Source: an uncultured Pseudobdellovibrionaceae bacterium (lineage in GTDB: Bacteria; Bdellovibrionota_B; Oligoflexia; Oligoflexales; Bog-1112). Taken from it: 64,000 bases of DNA. The DNA lies in NCBI GenBank assembly GCA_964635325.1, contig CAZWOL010000001.1, forward strand, positions 11,935-75,934, given 5' to 3'. Made by a program: the position numbers and the translations under genes. The stretch's first letter is position 1, and each line of letters begins with the position of its first letter. Below, in pieces: positions 32,700 to 43,123 of the stretch. The notes beneath the pieces are model-generated. The model was given only the letters and a program-made list of their open reading frames with translations. It was not told where the DNA came from and did no database searches.

Positions 32700-33425
32700 A
32701 TGTTGAAATCTTTGCGAGCAGAGAATTTAAGCAAGTCTTTTAAGGGACGAAAGGTTGTAAACTCTGCAACATTTAATGTTGATTGTGGAGAGGTTGTGGG
32801 ACTGCTTGGGCCAAACGGTGCGGGTAAGACCACAAGTTTTTACATGGTTGTGGGACTGCTTTTTCCGCAAGAGGGAGGGGTTTATTTAGGTGAGCAGAAC
32901 ATAACAAAAATTCCTATGTATAAACGTGCGCAAATGGGCATTAGCTATTTGCCACAAAGTGTTTCGATTTTTCGCAAGCTTTCCGTTAGAGATAATTTGC
33001 TGTCTATTATGCAGGTCGTCGACTTTCCACAAAGAGAACAAAAAAAGTATCTGGAAGAACTTCTCGATAAGTTTCAGATAAAGCATATCGAGAACTCAAT
33101 GGGTATAGCCCTGTCTGGTGGCGAGAGGAGGCGTGTCGAAATAGCCCGTTCCTTGATTACGAAGCCAAGTTTTTTATTGCTAGATGAGCCATTTGCAGGC
33201 GTGGATCCAGTTACAGTTCAAGAGATTCAAACGATCATTGCCCAACTAAAGTCTGAGGGATTAGGTATTTTGATTACTGATCATAATGTTCGTGAAACAT
33301 TGGGATCATGTGACCGTGCGTATGTTTTGTTTGAAGGAAAAGTTATCGCACATGGTGGTCCAGAAGAAATATCGACAAGTCCGATTGTAAAGGATATCTA
33401 CTTAGGACAGAAGTTTAGGCTTTGA
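32700..33425 (+). CDS. lptB: LPS export ABC transporter ATPase LptB
   Basis: Walker A GPNGAGKTT, signature LSGGERRRVEIAR and Walker B LLLDEPFAG. The ATG at 32700 (MLKSLRAENLSKSF) was chosen over the ORF start at 32676. Confidence 0.9.
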   Translation: MLKSLRAENLSKSFKGRKVVNSATFNVDCGEVVGLLGPNGAGKTTSFYMVVGLLFPQEGGVYLGEQNITKIPMYKRAQMGISYLPQSVSIFRKLSVRDNLLSIMQVVDFPQREQKKYLEELLDKFQIKHIENSMGIALSGGERRRVEIARSLITKPSFLLLDEPFAGVDPVTVQEIQTIIAQLKSEGLGILITDHNVRETLGSCDRAYVLFEGKVIAHGGPEEISTSPIVKDIYLGQKFRL

Positions 33426-33445
33426 TTTTCTAAGTAGGAAGTATC

Positions 33446-34879
33446 ATGTCTTTAGATTTGAAGCAAAGTCTTAAGCTAACACAACAGTTGCTAATGACTC
33501 CGCAATTGCAGCAAGCGATTAAGCTTTTGCAGTTATCGAGATTAGAGCTCGAAGATTTTGTCGCAACACAAATTGTTGAGAACCCTGTACTAGAAGACAT
33601 AACCCCATCCCCCAGTGTTGATTTAGCACCTCCTCAAAAAAACAGTGAGTCTAGCGAACAGGTGAATGATAATGAGTCGGGGTCTGAACCCGAATTTGAC
33701 TACAAGTCTTTGAGTTCAGATGGAGACTCATTCTTAAGCCCTCAGAGATTAAACCCATCATCATCCTCAGTTTATCGAGATAATGACGTAAATTATGAAA
33801 ATATAATTAGTAATTCAAAAACTCTTTATGACCACTTGTTAAGTCAGGTTGGTGAAATTCAGTTTGATACAAAAGAGCATGAAATTGCCCTCAAAATCGT
33901 TGGAAATCTTACGGATGATGGTTATCTAGATTTGGATCTCACTAAATTATGTGAAGATGATAACGTGGACTCTGACTTGGTCGAAGGAGTGCTAGATACT
34001 GTTCAGCGTATGGATCCATCGGGGATAGCAGCGCGCAGTTTGAGCGAGTGTCTGATGATTCAGGTTCGAGATCAAGGGCTCCGAAACGGTGTTGTAGAAC
34101 GCATCGTGATGGAGCATCTCAAGGAACTGGAAACGAGAAACTATCCGGTTATTGCGAAGAGTTTGGGTATTAGCATTGAAGATGTTTATACGAATGTAGC
34201 TATAATTGTGGGGCTCAATCCAACACCAGGACGAAAATTTGGTGAAAATACGGCTCAAGCAGTAGTGCCAGATGCATTTGTTTTTAAAATGTCTGGGAAA
34301 TGGATTGTTACACTTAATGAGGATAATTTACCGACGCTGCGAGTGAGTCGATACTACCAAGATATTTCAGATGGTGGGATCAAAGGCAAAGAGAAAAGTT
34401 ACCTACAAGACAAAATAAAATCAGCAAACTGGCTCATTAAGAGCATTCAACAAAGGCAAAGAACTATACGCAGAGTTGCTGAGTGCATCGTAGAGAAACA
34501 AGAAGATTTTCTTGAAAATGGTATTCGATGTTTAAAGCCGATGGTTTTAAGAGACGTTGCAGATGCGATTGAAATGCACGAATCTACAATTAGTCGAGTG
34601 ACCAGCAACAAATATATACAGACGCCGCGAGGTATTTTTGAGCTTAAATTTTTCTTTTCAAGCTCTATAAAATCAGATGAAGAAGATGTGTCGAGTTCGT
34701 TTGTAAAATCCACAATCAAAGAAATTATCAGCACCGAAAATACTAAAAAACCATATTCGGATCAAAAAATCGTAGAAATTTTGGCTGAAAAAGGCGTGCA
34801 TTTGGCGCGTCGAACGGTTGCAAAGTATCGAGAACAAATTGGTATTTTGCCGTCAAGCAAGCGGAAAAAATTATTTTAA
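33446..34879 (+). CDS. rpoN: RNA polymerase sigma-54 factor
   Basis: Region I LKQSLKLTQQLLMTPQLQQAIKLLQLS and the C-terminal RpoN box ARRTVAKYRE. Confidence 0.95.
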   Translation: MSLDLKQSLKLTQQLLMTPQLQQAIKLLQLSRLELEDFVATQIVENPVLEDITPSPSVDLAPPQKNSESSEQVNDNESGSEPEFDYKSLSSDGDSFLSPQRLNPSSSSVYRDNDVNYENIISNSKTLYDHLLSQVGEIQFDTKEHEIALKIVGNLTDDGYLDLDLTKLCEDDNVDSDLVEGVLDTVQRMDPSGIAARSLSECLMIQVRDQGLRNGVVERIVMEHLKELETRNYPVIAKSLGISIEDVYTNVAIIVGLNPTPGRKFGENTAQAVVPDAFVFKMSGKWIVTLNEDNLPTLRVSRYYQDISDGGIKGKEKSYLQDKIKSANWLIKSIQQRQRTIRRVAECIVEKQEDFLENGIRCLKPMVLRDVADAIEMHESTISRVTSNKYIQTPRGIFELKFFFSSSIKSDEEDVSSSFVKSTIKEIISTENTKKPYSDQKIVEILAEKGVHLARRTVAKYREQIGILPSSKRKKLF

Positions 34880-34888
34880 GTGATATAT

Positions 34889-35767
34889 ATGAAAGAACAG
34901 ACATCTTTAATTCTAGTTACAGGGCAATCAGGTTCAGGGTTGGGAACAGCTATTCGCACTCTTGAAGACCTTGGTTTTTACTGTATTGATAATTTACCAT
35001 TCGAATTGATAGTGCCAACTCTTGAGGTTTTGGAGAAAAAAGCGCACGATAAGACTATACCTATAGTTTTGGGCATTCATCTGCACTCTATGCAGCACGC
35101 CCATGAGTTTTGCTTGCTACATGATGACTTGCGAAAGCGAATACAAGTCGAAGTTCTATTTTTAACAGCACAAAATGATATTTTACATACGCGATTTAAT
35201 ACTACACGGCGAAAGCATCCCTTTGAGAGTGAGGGCAAGGATCTTGGTTTTGCCATTGCTAGAGAACGAGATGTTCTCAATATCATCGAAGATAGGGCAG
35301 ACTTATCTGTCGATACGACGTATTTCTCTCCACAGGATCTTGCATGGCAGCTTGAGGATCGTTTTTTTCCCGATAAAAATCCTCGTAAGATGCAACTGTC
35401 GATTACGAGTTTTGGATTTAAACATGGCGTTTGCTATCCATTAGACATGCTTTTTGATGCACGCTTTTTACGAAATCCATTTTTTGTAAAAGATCTTAAA
35501 GAAAAAAATGGCCTGAATTCCGCTGTAGCGGCATACATTTTGGAAGATCAAGACTCTAAGGTTTTTATAGACAAAATTTTGGATCTTAATAATTGGCTAT
35601 TGCCGCGATATTACCGCGAAGGCAAGAGGTATTTGAGAATTGGTATTGGATGTACGGGGGGCAAACATCGAAGTGTGTGTATTGCTGAAATGTTGCGTCA
35701 AGAATTGAATAAGTCTTATCCAAGCATTATTGAAGTGAGTGTTTACCATCGAGATATTTCACATTGA
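34889..35767 (+). CDS. rapZ: RapZ/YvcJ-family nucleotide-binding adapter protein (non-canonical P-loop)
   Basis: LILVTGQSGSGLGTAIRTLEDLGFYCIDNLP aligns with the RapZ N-terminus. C-terminal IGCTGGKHRSV motif. It lies downstream of rpoN. Confidence 0.85.
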   Translation: MKEQTSLILVTGQSGSGLGTAIRTLEDLGFYCIDNLPFELIVPTLEVLEKKAHDKTIPIVLGIHLHSMQHAHEFCLLHDDLRKRIQVEVLFLTAQNDILHTRFNTTRRKHPFESEGKDLGFAIARERDVLNIIEDRADLSVDTTYFSPQDLAWQLEDRFFPDKNPRKMQLSITSFGFKHGVCYPLDMLFDARFLRNPFFVKDLKEKNGLNSAVAAYILEDQDSKVFIDKILDLNNWLLPRYYREGKRYLRIGIGCTGGKHRSVCIAEMLRQELNKSYPSIIEVSVYHRDISH

Positions 35768-35778
35768 AGGAATAGACA

Positions 35779-38640
35779 ATGGATGCGGAAAAGTACCACT
35801 TGAGTAAATTTGAAGATCGGCATATAGGCCCACGTGTGTGGGAAACTGATAAGATGTTAGCGGATCTTGGGCAAGCATCTCTAGATAGTTTTGTTTCCAA
35901 AGTTATACCAAAAGAAATTAGAAGTGATCGTAATGTTGACTTGGGGGGTGTTCTTTCCGAAAGTGAGTTGTACAAAGAGCTCAAAAGCATTGCGACAAAA
36001 AACAAAGTTTTTAAGTCCTATTTAGGTCTTGGTTATGCAAATTGTATAGTGCCAGCGCTGATCAAAAGAAATATTCTGGAAAATCCTGGATGGTATACCC
36101 AGTATACTCCTTATCAGGCAGAGATTTCACAAGGTAGACTTGAGTCATTGCTTAACTATCAGACTATGATCACAGATCTTACGGGGCTTCCTGTAAGCAA
36201 CGCTTCTTTGCTTGATGAGGCAACAGCAGCAGCCGAAGCTCTTTATTTGAGTTATTCCGAAAGTGATTCAAAAGGCCAAAAGAAAGCTTATTTTGTTTCA
36301 AAATTTTGCCATCCTCAGACTATTGATGTCTTGCGTGGGCGGTGTGAGAATTTAGGAATTCCATTAATTATAGGTGATCATCGCAATTTTAGTCAGCAAG
36401 ATGGAATCTTTGGTGCTCTTTTACAGTATCCAGCAAGTGATGGTGTTGTCTATGACTACACAAGATTTATTGCAGATCTAAAAAAGAGTGGTGCTCTCGT
36501 TGCCCTTGCATGTGACCTCTTGAGTTTGGTTTTATTAAAATCTCCTGGTGAACTAGGTGCAGACATAGCTCTAGGAAGTGCGCAACGTTTTGGTGTGCCT
36601 CTAGGATTTGGAGGTCCACATGCTGCATTTTTTGCGACGCAGGAGGCTTATCTTCGCAAAATGCCTGGTCGAATTGTGGGTGTTTCTAAGGATAGATCAG
36701 GCAAACGTGCCTTGCGCTTGACTCTACAAACACGAGAGCAACATATAAAACGAGAACGCGCGACAAGCAACATTTGTACAGCACAGGCTTTGCTTGCAAA
36801 TATGTCAGCGATGTATGCGGTCTACCATGGTCCTGAGGGGCTAAAAGCAATTGCAAATCAGGTTCATTCCTACGCTAAAATGCTCAAAATTGGTGCAAAG
36901 ACTTGCGGTCTATCTGTCTCTGAAGATGTCTTTTTTGATACGGTTAAAATTTGCTTGAATGCCAACAAGGCGCAAGAACTTATTGAAGCAGGTTGGAAAG
37001 TTGGCATCAATCTCCGAAAACTTGATGAGCAAACAATCGTTGTCACTCTTGATGAAACAACTTCTATTGAAGATGTCGGAGATATTTTAAAAGTTATTTC
37101 CGGGCGTAAAACACTCCCGTTTTCACTTGTAGACCTTAAGAACAAACCTAGTGAGAAGATACTTGCAGGTGATTTTCTAAGGAAAACAACATTCCTCAAT
37201 CAAAAAATCTTCAATAGCTTTCATTCTGAAACTGAATTTATGCGTTATTTAAAACGCTTAGAGAACAAAGACATTTCTCTTATGCATTCGATGATTCCTT
37301 TGGGTTCGTGCACGATGAAACTAAATGCAGTTTCAGAACTACAAGCGATTTCATGGAGCGAATTTGCAGACATACACCCATTTGCACCAGCCTTTCAAAG
37401 CGAAGGCTACAAAGAACTCCTAGATAGTCTAGCAAACCTTCTCGTTAAAATTACAGGATTCTCAGCAGTTTCTTTGCAACCCAATTCAGGTGCCCAAGGA
37501 GAGTATACTGGGCTTTTAGTTGTCAAAGCTTACCAAAAGTCCAAAGGTGAAGGTCATCGCAATGTGTGTTTGATTCCGAGCTCAGCGCATGGCACTAACC
37601 CTGCAAGTGCTGCTCTCGTGGGTTTTGAAATTGTCATCGTAGATTGTGATAAAAGTGGGAACGTCGATTATCATGATCTAGAGATGAAGGCTCATAAATA
37701 CCAAGACAGACTCTCCGTCTTTATGATGACTTATCCCTCTACGCATGGTGTCTTCGAAGCAGATATTCAAAAATACTGTGATTTGATTCATAAATGTGGA
37801 GCCCAGGTCTATTTGGATGGTGCTAACCTAAATGCACAGGTTGGTTTGTGTTATCCGGGACTTTATGGTGCTGATGTCTGTCATATGAATTTGCATAAAA
37901 CGTTCTGCATTCCTCACGGTGGTGGGGGGCCAGGTGCAGGTCCTATAGCAGTTAAAGAACATCTCGCAGATTTTTTACCAGGACATTGTCTAGTAGAGGA
38001 TGTTGGAGGTGCCTCGGGCATACATGCAGTATCAGCAGCTCCATATGGAAATGCAAGTATACTATGTATTCCATGGGCCTATATTCGTATGATGGGTATA
38101 GATGGTCTAAAACGAGCGACAAAGATGGCGATCTTGAATGCAAATTACATAGCCCATAGATTAAGTGATGCTTATGATGTGTTGTACAGAGGGGCGAATG
38201 GTTTTGTGGCGCATGAGTGTATCGTCGATATGCGGAAGTTTAAAAAATCAGCTTCGATCGAAGTTATTGACATCGCAAAGCGTTTGATGGATTACGGGTT
38301 TCATGCGCCGACGGTGTCTTTTCCTGTGGGTGGCACGCTCATGATTGAACCAACGGAAAGCGAATCTCTGCAAGAGATAGATCGCTTCTGTGACGCCATG
38401 CTTGCTATTCGTGAAGAAATTCGTCAGATAGAAGAGGGTCGTCTAGATCGTTTGAGCAATCCTTTGAAAAATGCCCCTCATACGATGGAGATGGTCGTAT
38501 CTTCGGCGTGGGATTGGCAATACTCACGTGAAGAAGCTGCAATGCCTAAAGACTGGTTGAGGGAGAATAAATTTTGGCCTTCAGTCGGACGTATAGATGA
38601 AGCGTATGGTGATCGTAACTTTATGTGCACTTGCTCATAG
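35779..38640 (+). CDS. gcvP: Glycine dehydrogenase (decarboxylating), single-chain P protein
   Basis: 953 aa with conserved GLDC blocks ([30 protein letters not shown] with the PLP lysine). Confidence 0.97.
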   Translation: MDAEKYHLSKFEDRHIGPRVWETDKMLADLGQASLDSFVSKVIPKEIRSDRNVDLGGVLSESELYKELKSIATKNKVFKSYLGLGYANCIVPALIKRNILENPGWYTQYTPYQAEISQGRLESLLNYQTMITDLTGLPVSNASLLDEATAAAEALYLSYSESDSKGQKKAYFVSKFCHPQTIDVLRGRCENLGIPLIIGDHRNFSQQDGIFGALLQYPASDGVVYDYTRFIADLKKSGALVALACDLLSLVLLKSPGELGADIALGSAQRFGVPLGFGGPHAAFFATQEAYLRKMPGRIVGVSKDRSGKRALRLTLQTREQHIKRERATSNICTAQALLANMSAMYAVYHGPEGLKAIANQVHSYAKMLKIGAKTCGLSVSEDVFFDTVKICLNANKAQELIEAGWKVGINLRKLDEQTIVVTLDETTSIEDVGDILKVISGRKTLPFSLVDLKNKPSEKILAGDFLRKTTFLNQKIFNSFHSETEFMRYLKRLENKDISLMHSMIPLGSCTMKLNAVSELQAISWSEFADIHPFAPAFQSEGYKELLDSLANLLVKITGFSAVSLQPNSGAQGEYTGLLVVKAYQKSKGEGHRNVCLIPSSAHGTNPASAALVGFEIVIVDCDKSGNVDYHDLEMKAHKYQDRLSVFMMTYPSTHGVFEADIQKYCDLIHKCGAQVYLDGANLNAQVGLCYPGLYGADVCHMNLHKTFCIPHGGGGPGAGPIAVKEHLADFLPGHCLVEDVGGASGIHAVSAAPYGNASILCIPWAYIRMMGIDGLKRATKMAILNANYIAHRLSDAYDVLYRGANGFVAHECIVDMRKFKKSASIEVIDIAKRLMDYGFHAPTVSFPVGGTLMIEPTESESLQEIDRFCDAMLAIREEIRQIEEGRLDRLSNPLKNAPHTMEMVVSSAWDWQYSREEAAMPKDWLRENKFWPSVGRIDEAYGDRNFMCTCS

Positions 38641-38659
38641 AAAGTGAGCGATTGGCCTA

Positions 38660-39040
38660 TCAATTGCTTTCTTTGATGTAGCTTTCGTATTGAGAAGCTT
38701 TCATAAGATCGGAGGCTTCACTCTCGAAGGCTACCTTGACCAACCAACCCGCATTGTATGGATCTGCTTGTAAGGTCTCTGGTGATTTAAGCAAAGCAGA
38801 ATTGACTTCTACAATTTTAGCTTTTGCTGGCATGTAGAGGTCACTAACAGTTTTTGTGGATTCAACAGTGCCAAAAGGTTCTTTCGCATCAAATTGTTTT
38901 CCTACAGCAGGTAGATCAATATGTACGATGTCACCAAGTTGTTCGATTGCATAGGATGAAATTCCGACTTTAACAGTACCAGATAAACCAGATACCCACT
39001 CATGATCTTCAGTAAAAAAGAGATTGCTTGGAAATGACAT
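38660..39040 (-). CDS. gcvH: Glycine cleavage system H protein
   Basis: 126 aa with the lipoyl-lysine motif VESTKTVSDLY. Confidence 0.92.
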   Translation of the reverse strand: MSFPSNLFFTEDHEWVSGLSGTVKVGISSYAIEQLGDIVHIDLPAVGKQFDAKEPFGTVESTKTVSDLYMPAKAKIVEVNSALLKSPETLQADPYNAGWLVKVAFESEASDLMKASQYESYIKESN

Positions 39041-39058
39041 AATCTTAGCTCCTTGTTG

Positions 39059-40177
39059 TTATTTGGATTTGATGCGTGCAGCGTAAAGCGGCGTAGGAAC
39101 AATCTTTGCTGCTTTTTCGTTGCCTCGAATATCGATAAAAATAGGTTGCGAACGATCCAGTGCATCGACAGCCAAGAGTGCGAGACCACCAGATCCACCG
39201 ACAGTTGGTAGTACGGATCCACTACTCACAACACCGATTTTTTTGTCATTTTGAATAACATCCATTCCATGACGAGGGATGCCATTGTCGGTCATAATAA
39301 AACCATGAAGTTTGCGTTTGAGGCCTGCTTCTTTTTGCTCAAGTAGTGCAGATTTTCCGATAAAGTCATGCGTAAATTTGACGGCCCAACTAATTCCAGC
39401 CTCTAATGGTGAAATGGTCTCATCCATATCATTACCATAGAGAAGGTAGCATGCTTCAAGACGCAAGGTATCTCGAGCTCCAAGTCCTATGGGACGAATC
39501 CCATAGCTTTGTCCTTTTTCGAGCAAGGTCGTCCAGATCTGCTCTGCAATTTGAGGGGGCGAATAGATTTCATAGCCCTTTTCACCTGTATAGCCTGTGC
39601 GTGCAATGAGGCTTGCTTGTCCAAATATATTGATTGGAAGAATTTGCATGTATTCGAGAGTCTCTAGGGTCTTGGCGTCACTTGGGCTGAGTAATGTCTG
39701 AAGACATGCAGTGCTGTGTGGTCCTTGGATAGCAATTTGTCCCCAATTTTCTGATTCATTTACTACTCTGACTTTAGGAAAAGCGTGACGTTTGGATTCT
39801 ATCCACTGGTAGTCTTTGTCGGTATTGCTTGCGTTGACACAGAGTAGAAAATCATCATCAGCCAATTTATAAACGATCAGGTCATCGACAAAACCTCCGC
39901 TTTCGACGCACATCGCCGTGTATTGTCCATGCTTTGTTTTTAGAGCATGGATGTCGTTGATAGCGAGGTGGCTCAGAAATTCTGCAGCCTGAGGTCCTTG
40001 AATGCGTATTTCTCCCATGTGACTAACATCAAAGATGCCGACAGAATTGCGGACGCATTTGTGTTCGACAAGCACGCTTTCGTAGAAAACTGGCATTTGC
40101 CATCCGCTAAAATCGACTATTTTGGCTTTTAATTGGACGTGCTGTTGGTATAAAGGGGTCTTCTTAGTAGTTTCCAA
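39059..40177 (-). CDS. gcvT: Aminomethyltransferase (glycine cleavage T protein)
   Basis: KKTPLYQQH ... GWQMPVFY ... FDVSHMGE motifs. The TTG at 40177 lies 5 nt after GGGAGA; the ORF track start at 40198 is an alternative. Confidence 0.92.
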   Translation of the reverse strand: METTKKTPLYQQHVQLKAKIVDFSGWQMPVFYESVLVEHKCVRNSVGIFDVSHMGEIRIQGPQAAEFLSHLAINDIHALKTKHGQYTAMCVESGGFVDDLIVYKLADDDFLLCVNASNTDKDYQWIESKRHAFPKVRVVNESENWGQIAIQGPHSTACLQTLLSPSDAKTLETLEYMQILPINIFGQASLIARTGYTGEKGYEIYSPPQIAEQIWTTLLEKGQSYGIRPIGLGARDTLRLEACYLLYGNDMDETISPLEAGISWAVKFTHDFIGKSALLEQKEAGLKRKLHGFIMTDNGIPRHGMDVIQNDKKIGVVSSGSVLPTVGGSGGLALLAVDALDRSQPIFIDIRGNEKAAKIVPTPLYAARIKSK

Positions 40178-40316
40178 ATGAATCTCCCAAATCTGCAAAA
40201 GAGAGGCGTCAGTTTCCGAACGATTCGTTTATTGCATGGCAGCCTCATCCGTTATAATGGATGTTCGTGAGCTTGCAAAGTAGCAAAATAGTTGGCTTCA
40301 AAAAGGTGACAGTCCC

Positions 40317-41090
40317 ATGAGTCAAGTTCCACTTAGCGTGGTTGTTATCACGCTTAACGAAGAAAAAACATTGGAACGTTGTCTGCAGCACCTCCCCAGT
40401 GGAGTCGAGCTTGTTGTTCTTGACTCCGGTAGTACAGACCAAACCGTTTCGATTGCAAAGCGATTTGGTGCTGTGGTTTATGAGCGATTGTTCGACAATT
40501 ATGCAGCTCAAAAAAACGCAGCAATCGCTTTTGCATCGCGTGCTTGGATTTTGTCATTGGATGCAGATGAAGTACTAACGTTAGAGCTACAAAATTCTAT
40601 TTTAAAGATTGTTCAAGAAGAGAAGTCTAAAAAATATCTGGCATACACAGTGTCACGCTCTCTTGTTTATATGGGTCAAAGACTTCGTTTTGGAAAGACT
40701 CAAGACCATCCCATCCGTTTATTTCAGAGAGGAAAGACTCAATTTGAGGGGGCTATTCACGAAAAATTAATAGTGAATGCGGCAGTTGGGTCTTTAGATG
40801 GGGACCTATTGCACTATAGCTATCAAAATTTGGATGATTATTTTGCTCGGTTTAACTCTTATACAAAAAGAATTGCGCTCAATCATTTTCAAAAAAAGAA
40901 ATCGGTAGTCTTATTCTTGCATGTGTTGCGCCCTTGGATGGAATTTTTATATCGCTATTTTATCCGACTCGGATTCTTGGATGGCATGGCAGGTTATAGT
41001 TATGCCCTGATTAGCAGTCTGTATACATTTGTGAAATATGAAAAATTGCGAGAAATTTACCTTCAAAAGAAATCTAACAATGTCGAATAA
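40317..41090 (+). CDS. Glycosyltransferase family 2 (LPS-core type)
   Basis: GT-A N-terminus SVVVITLNEE, plus DSGSTD and the DADE (DxD) motif. Confidence 0.8.
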   Translation: MSQVPLSVVVITLNEEKTLERCLQHLPSGVELVVLDSGSTDQTVSIAKRFGAVVYERLFDNYAAQKNAAIAFASRAWILSLDADEVLTLELQNSILKIVQEEKSKKYLAYTVSRSLVYMGQRLRFGKTQDHPIRLFQRGKTQFEGAIHEKLIVNAAVGSLDGDLLHYSYQNLDDYFARFNSYTKRIALNHFQKKKSVVLFLHVLRPWMEFLYRYFIRLGFLDGMAGYSYALISSLYTFVKYEKLREIYLQKKSNNVE

Positions 41091-42147
41091 AGTTGTCTGG
41101 CATTTGCTATCGAATCGTTGGAATAGTGCTATAACCGAATACGCTTTGAGCGCTGCTCGAGCATTGCAAACAGTGGGGCATCACTCAATATTTACAGCCT
41201 TGGAGGGAAGCCCAGGTGAGAGACGCGCTCAGTCTATGGGTCTGCAAGTAGAATCGATTCCTGGTTTTGCTTTCAATCAGTTGTGGAAACTTCGATGCAA
41301 AGCAAAAGAGATTCGACCAGACTGCATTATTCATTATGGTGGACCAGAAACTTTTATAGGGAAGCTTTTGCCAGTAAGACGTCAGGTTCGTTTTTTTGGA
41401 CAAGATTTGCGATCCTCTATTTTTGATGGTTCTGGATTTTTCTCAGCATACTCACACATTGAAAGATTTATAGTTCCCAATTCTAATTTAGAAAAATCAG
41501 TACAAAAAATTGCGCAAAAGAAGCCCGTCAAACGCATACTCTTGGGCTTGGACATTCCGGAATTGAAAATAGATAAAAGTGAGACAAAAAGTCACGATCT
41601 TATGATTTTAGGTCGCTTAGACCCTGTCAAGGGGCACGCGAATTTTTTGAGTATCTTTGCGAAAGTTTGTCAGATTTGGCCCAAAGATATGAATCTGCCA
41701 ACTCTTCATATTGTTGGACAGGAAGCGAATCTGTCTTTTGCTGAGTTGAAAGAGTTGATTTCATTGAATGGTCTCGAATTAGGGATTCACGTTTTCTTAA
41801 CAGGGGAGCGTATAGTAGGTCTTCCTCATTTGATGCAAGCAACAAACATCGGTGTTATTTCTAGTGTTGGCTCCGAACACATCTGTCGAGTGGCAGAGGA
41901 GTTTTTGCTTTGTGGCACACCAGTGTTGGTTTCCGGAGCTGGGGCTACGGAGGAGGTTCTTTTCCCAGGAGCTGGAGAGAGTTACAGTGGGTTATCGAAT
42001 GAATCGGCTGCACAGCAACTCATACAGATGATTTTAGAAGCACGTACAGAAAGTGTATTGAAACGTGGTGAGCGTACACAGGAAGCTGGTGAAAGGTTTT
42101 CATTAAAGCGAATGGGACGAGATTTAGATGCTTATCTGTTTCAATAG
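41080..42147 (+). CDS. Glycosyltransferase GT1/GT4 (GT-B) family
   Basis: C-terminal nucleotide-sugar binding region (SSVGSEHICRVAEEFLLCGTPVLVS). The ATG at 41080 overlaps the GT2 stop; the ORF track starts at 41038. Confidence 0.7.
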   Translation: MSNKVVWHLLSNRWNSAITEYALSAARALQTVGHHSIFTALEGSPGERRAQSMGLQVESIPGFAFNQLWKLRCKAKEIRPDCIIHYGGPETFIGKLLPVRRQVRFFGQDLRSSIFDGSGFFSAYSHIERFIVPNSNLEKSVQKIAQKKPVKRILLGLDIPELKIDKSETKSHDLMILGRLDPVKGHANFLSIFAKVCQIWPKDMNLPTLHIVGQEANLSFAELKELISLNGLELGIHVFLTGERIVGLPHLMQATNIGVISSVGSEHICRVAEEFLLCGTPVLVSGAGATEEVLFPGAGESYSGLSNESAAQQLIQMILEARTESVLKRGERTQEAGERFSLKRMGRDLDAYLFQ

Positions 42148-42169
42148 GTGTTTGATTAGATTTTTCAAA

Positions 42170-42754
42170 TTAAAGAAACGGTGATTTTATCTTCAGGCGC
42201 GCACGAAATTTTCGAATCCATATGTAGATTCTATCGTATTGAAATAACATTGCTGTCCCTAGGGCCCCAAGCACAAGAGATAGTACAGGCGCTCCAACGG
42301 GGCCTAAGTGAGAATATATTTTTTCATTTAACCAGAGCCCAAGTTGCCCAACAGTTGAAATGGAAAACCCAGAAATTTCAACCGTTGCTAGATATTTGAA
42401 AAAGAAATATGCAACACATACATAAACTATCAGAGGGCTTATAAAGAAGACAAAGAATGTATACCGTGTGAGTCGTAAACTAAAGTTTCCGATGACTGCT
42501 AATATGCCGGGTACAGGAAGTAGAAAAGCTCCGATACCAAACGTATAGAGAACAAATGCACTGATGCTGGCGCCTAAGCTGCCAATAATGTTGGTCACGG
42601 GAAGAGGTGGAAAGCTAGCAGAATTGAGAAATGGGTCGCGTGGGTTGTAGCTCATTAAAGCAAGGATGTAGAAGAGAATTGCGATCGAAAATAAAATGAA
42701 GAACAAATCTTTCAAATGACGAAATTCTGGCGGCTGAAGCGTTCTGCTTTTCAT
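42170..42754 (-). CDS. FtsK/SpoIIIE N-terminal 4TM-domain protein without linker or motor domain
   Basis: LALMSYNPRDPF ... NIIGSLGASISAFVLYTFGIGAFLLPV parallels the E. coli FtsK N-terminus (LLSFNPSDPSW ... NLGGMPGAWLAD.LF.IFG...Y..P). Four TM helices. The ORF ends after 194 aa. Confidence 0.6.
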   Translation of the reverse strand: MKSRTLQPPEFRHLKDLFFILFSIAILFYILALMSYNPRDPFLNSASFPPLPVTNIIGSLGASISAFVLYTFGIGAFLLPVPGILAVIGNFSLRLTRYTFFVFFISPLIVYVCVAYFFFKYLATVEISGFSISTVGQLGLWLNEKIYSHLGPVGAPVLSLVLGALGTAMLFQYDRIYIWIRKFRARLKIKSPFL

Positions 42755-42880
42755 AAAGTTCTCCGAACGAAGGTGCCTGCCTTATGATTCTAACATTAGG
42801 CGCAACTTTTTGGAGATTCAGAGGCTTTTTGTATAAATTTTGAACTGTATGGATTTGTGTAGAAGGTATTTAAGAGTGCG

Positions 42881-42970
42881 TGGCGGAGAGAGTGGGATTT
42901 GAACCCACGGAGCAGTTACCCACTCGCCGCCTTAGCAAGGCGGTGCTTTCGACCACTCAGCCATCTCTCC
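42881..42970 (-). tRNA. tRNA-Ser (anticodon GCT), CCA encoded
   Basis: Cloverleaf folded by hand: acceptor GGAGAGA/TCTCTCC, anticodon stem CCGCC/GGCGG with loop TTGCTAA, a long variable arm and T-arm GTGGG-TTCAAAT-CCCAC. Confidence 0.9.
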
Positions 42971-42994
42971 AGATGACGCAAACTCTATATTTTA

Positions 42995-43084
42995 TGGCGG
43001 AGAGAGAGGGATTCGAACCCCCGGTAGGTTTTACCCCACAACGGTTTTCAAGACCGCCGCCTTCAACCGCTCGGCCATCTCTCC
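42995..43084 (-). tRNA. tRNA-Ser (anticodon TGA), CCA encoded
   Basis: Cloverleaf folded by hand: acceptor GGAGAGA/TCTCTCC, anticodon loop CTTGAAA, a long variable arm and T-loop TTCGAAT. Confidence 0.9.
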
Positions 43085-43123
43085 TTTGCTTCATTCAATA
43101 GAAGCGATCGGATGCTAAAATTC

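Noticed and set aside
40178-40250. Possible glycine riboswitch in the gcvT leader
   Set aside because: The leader downstream of the candidate promoter is only about 50-70 nt. It lacks the conserved glycine-aptamer elements (GGAGAG ... CACCGAAGGGGCAA-type core), and I could not draw a P1-P3 architecture.
42880-43101. 73-aa plus-strand ORF
   Set aside because: It lies antisense across two well-folding tRNA-Ser genes and is an artefact of tRNA sequence.
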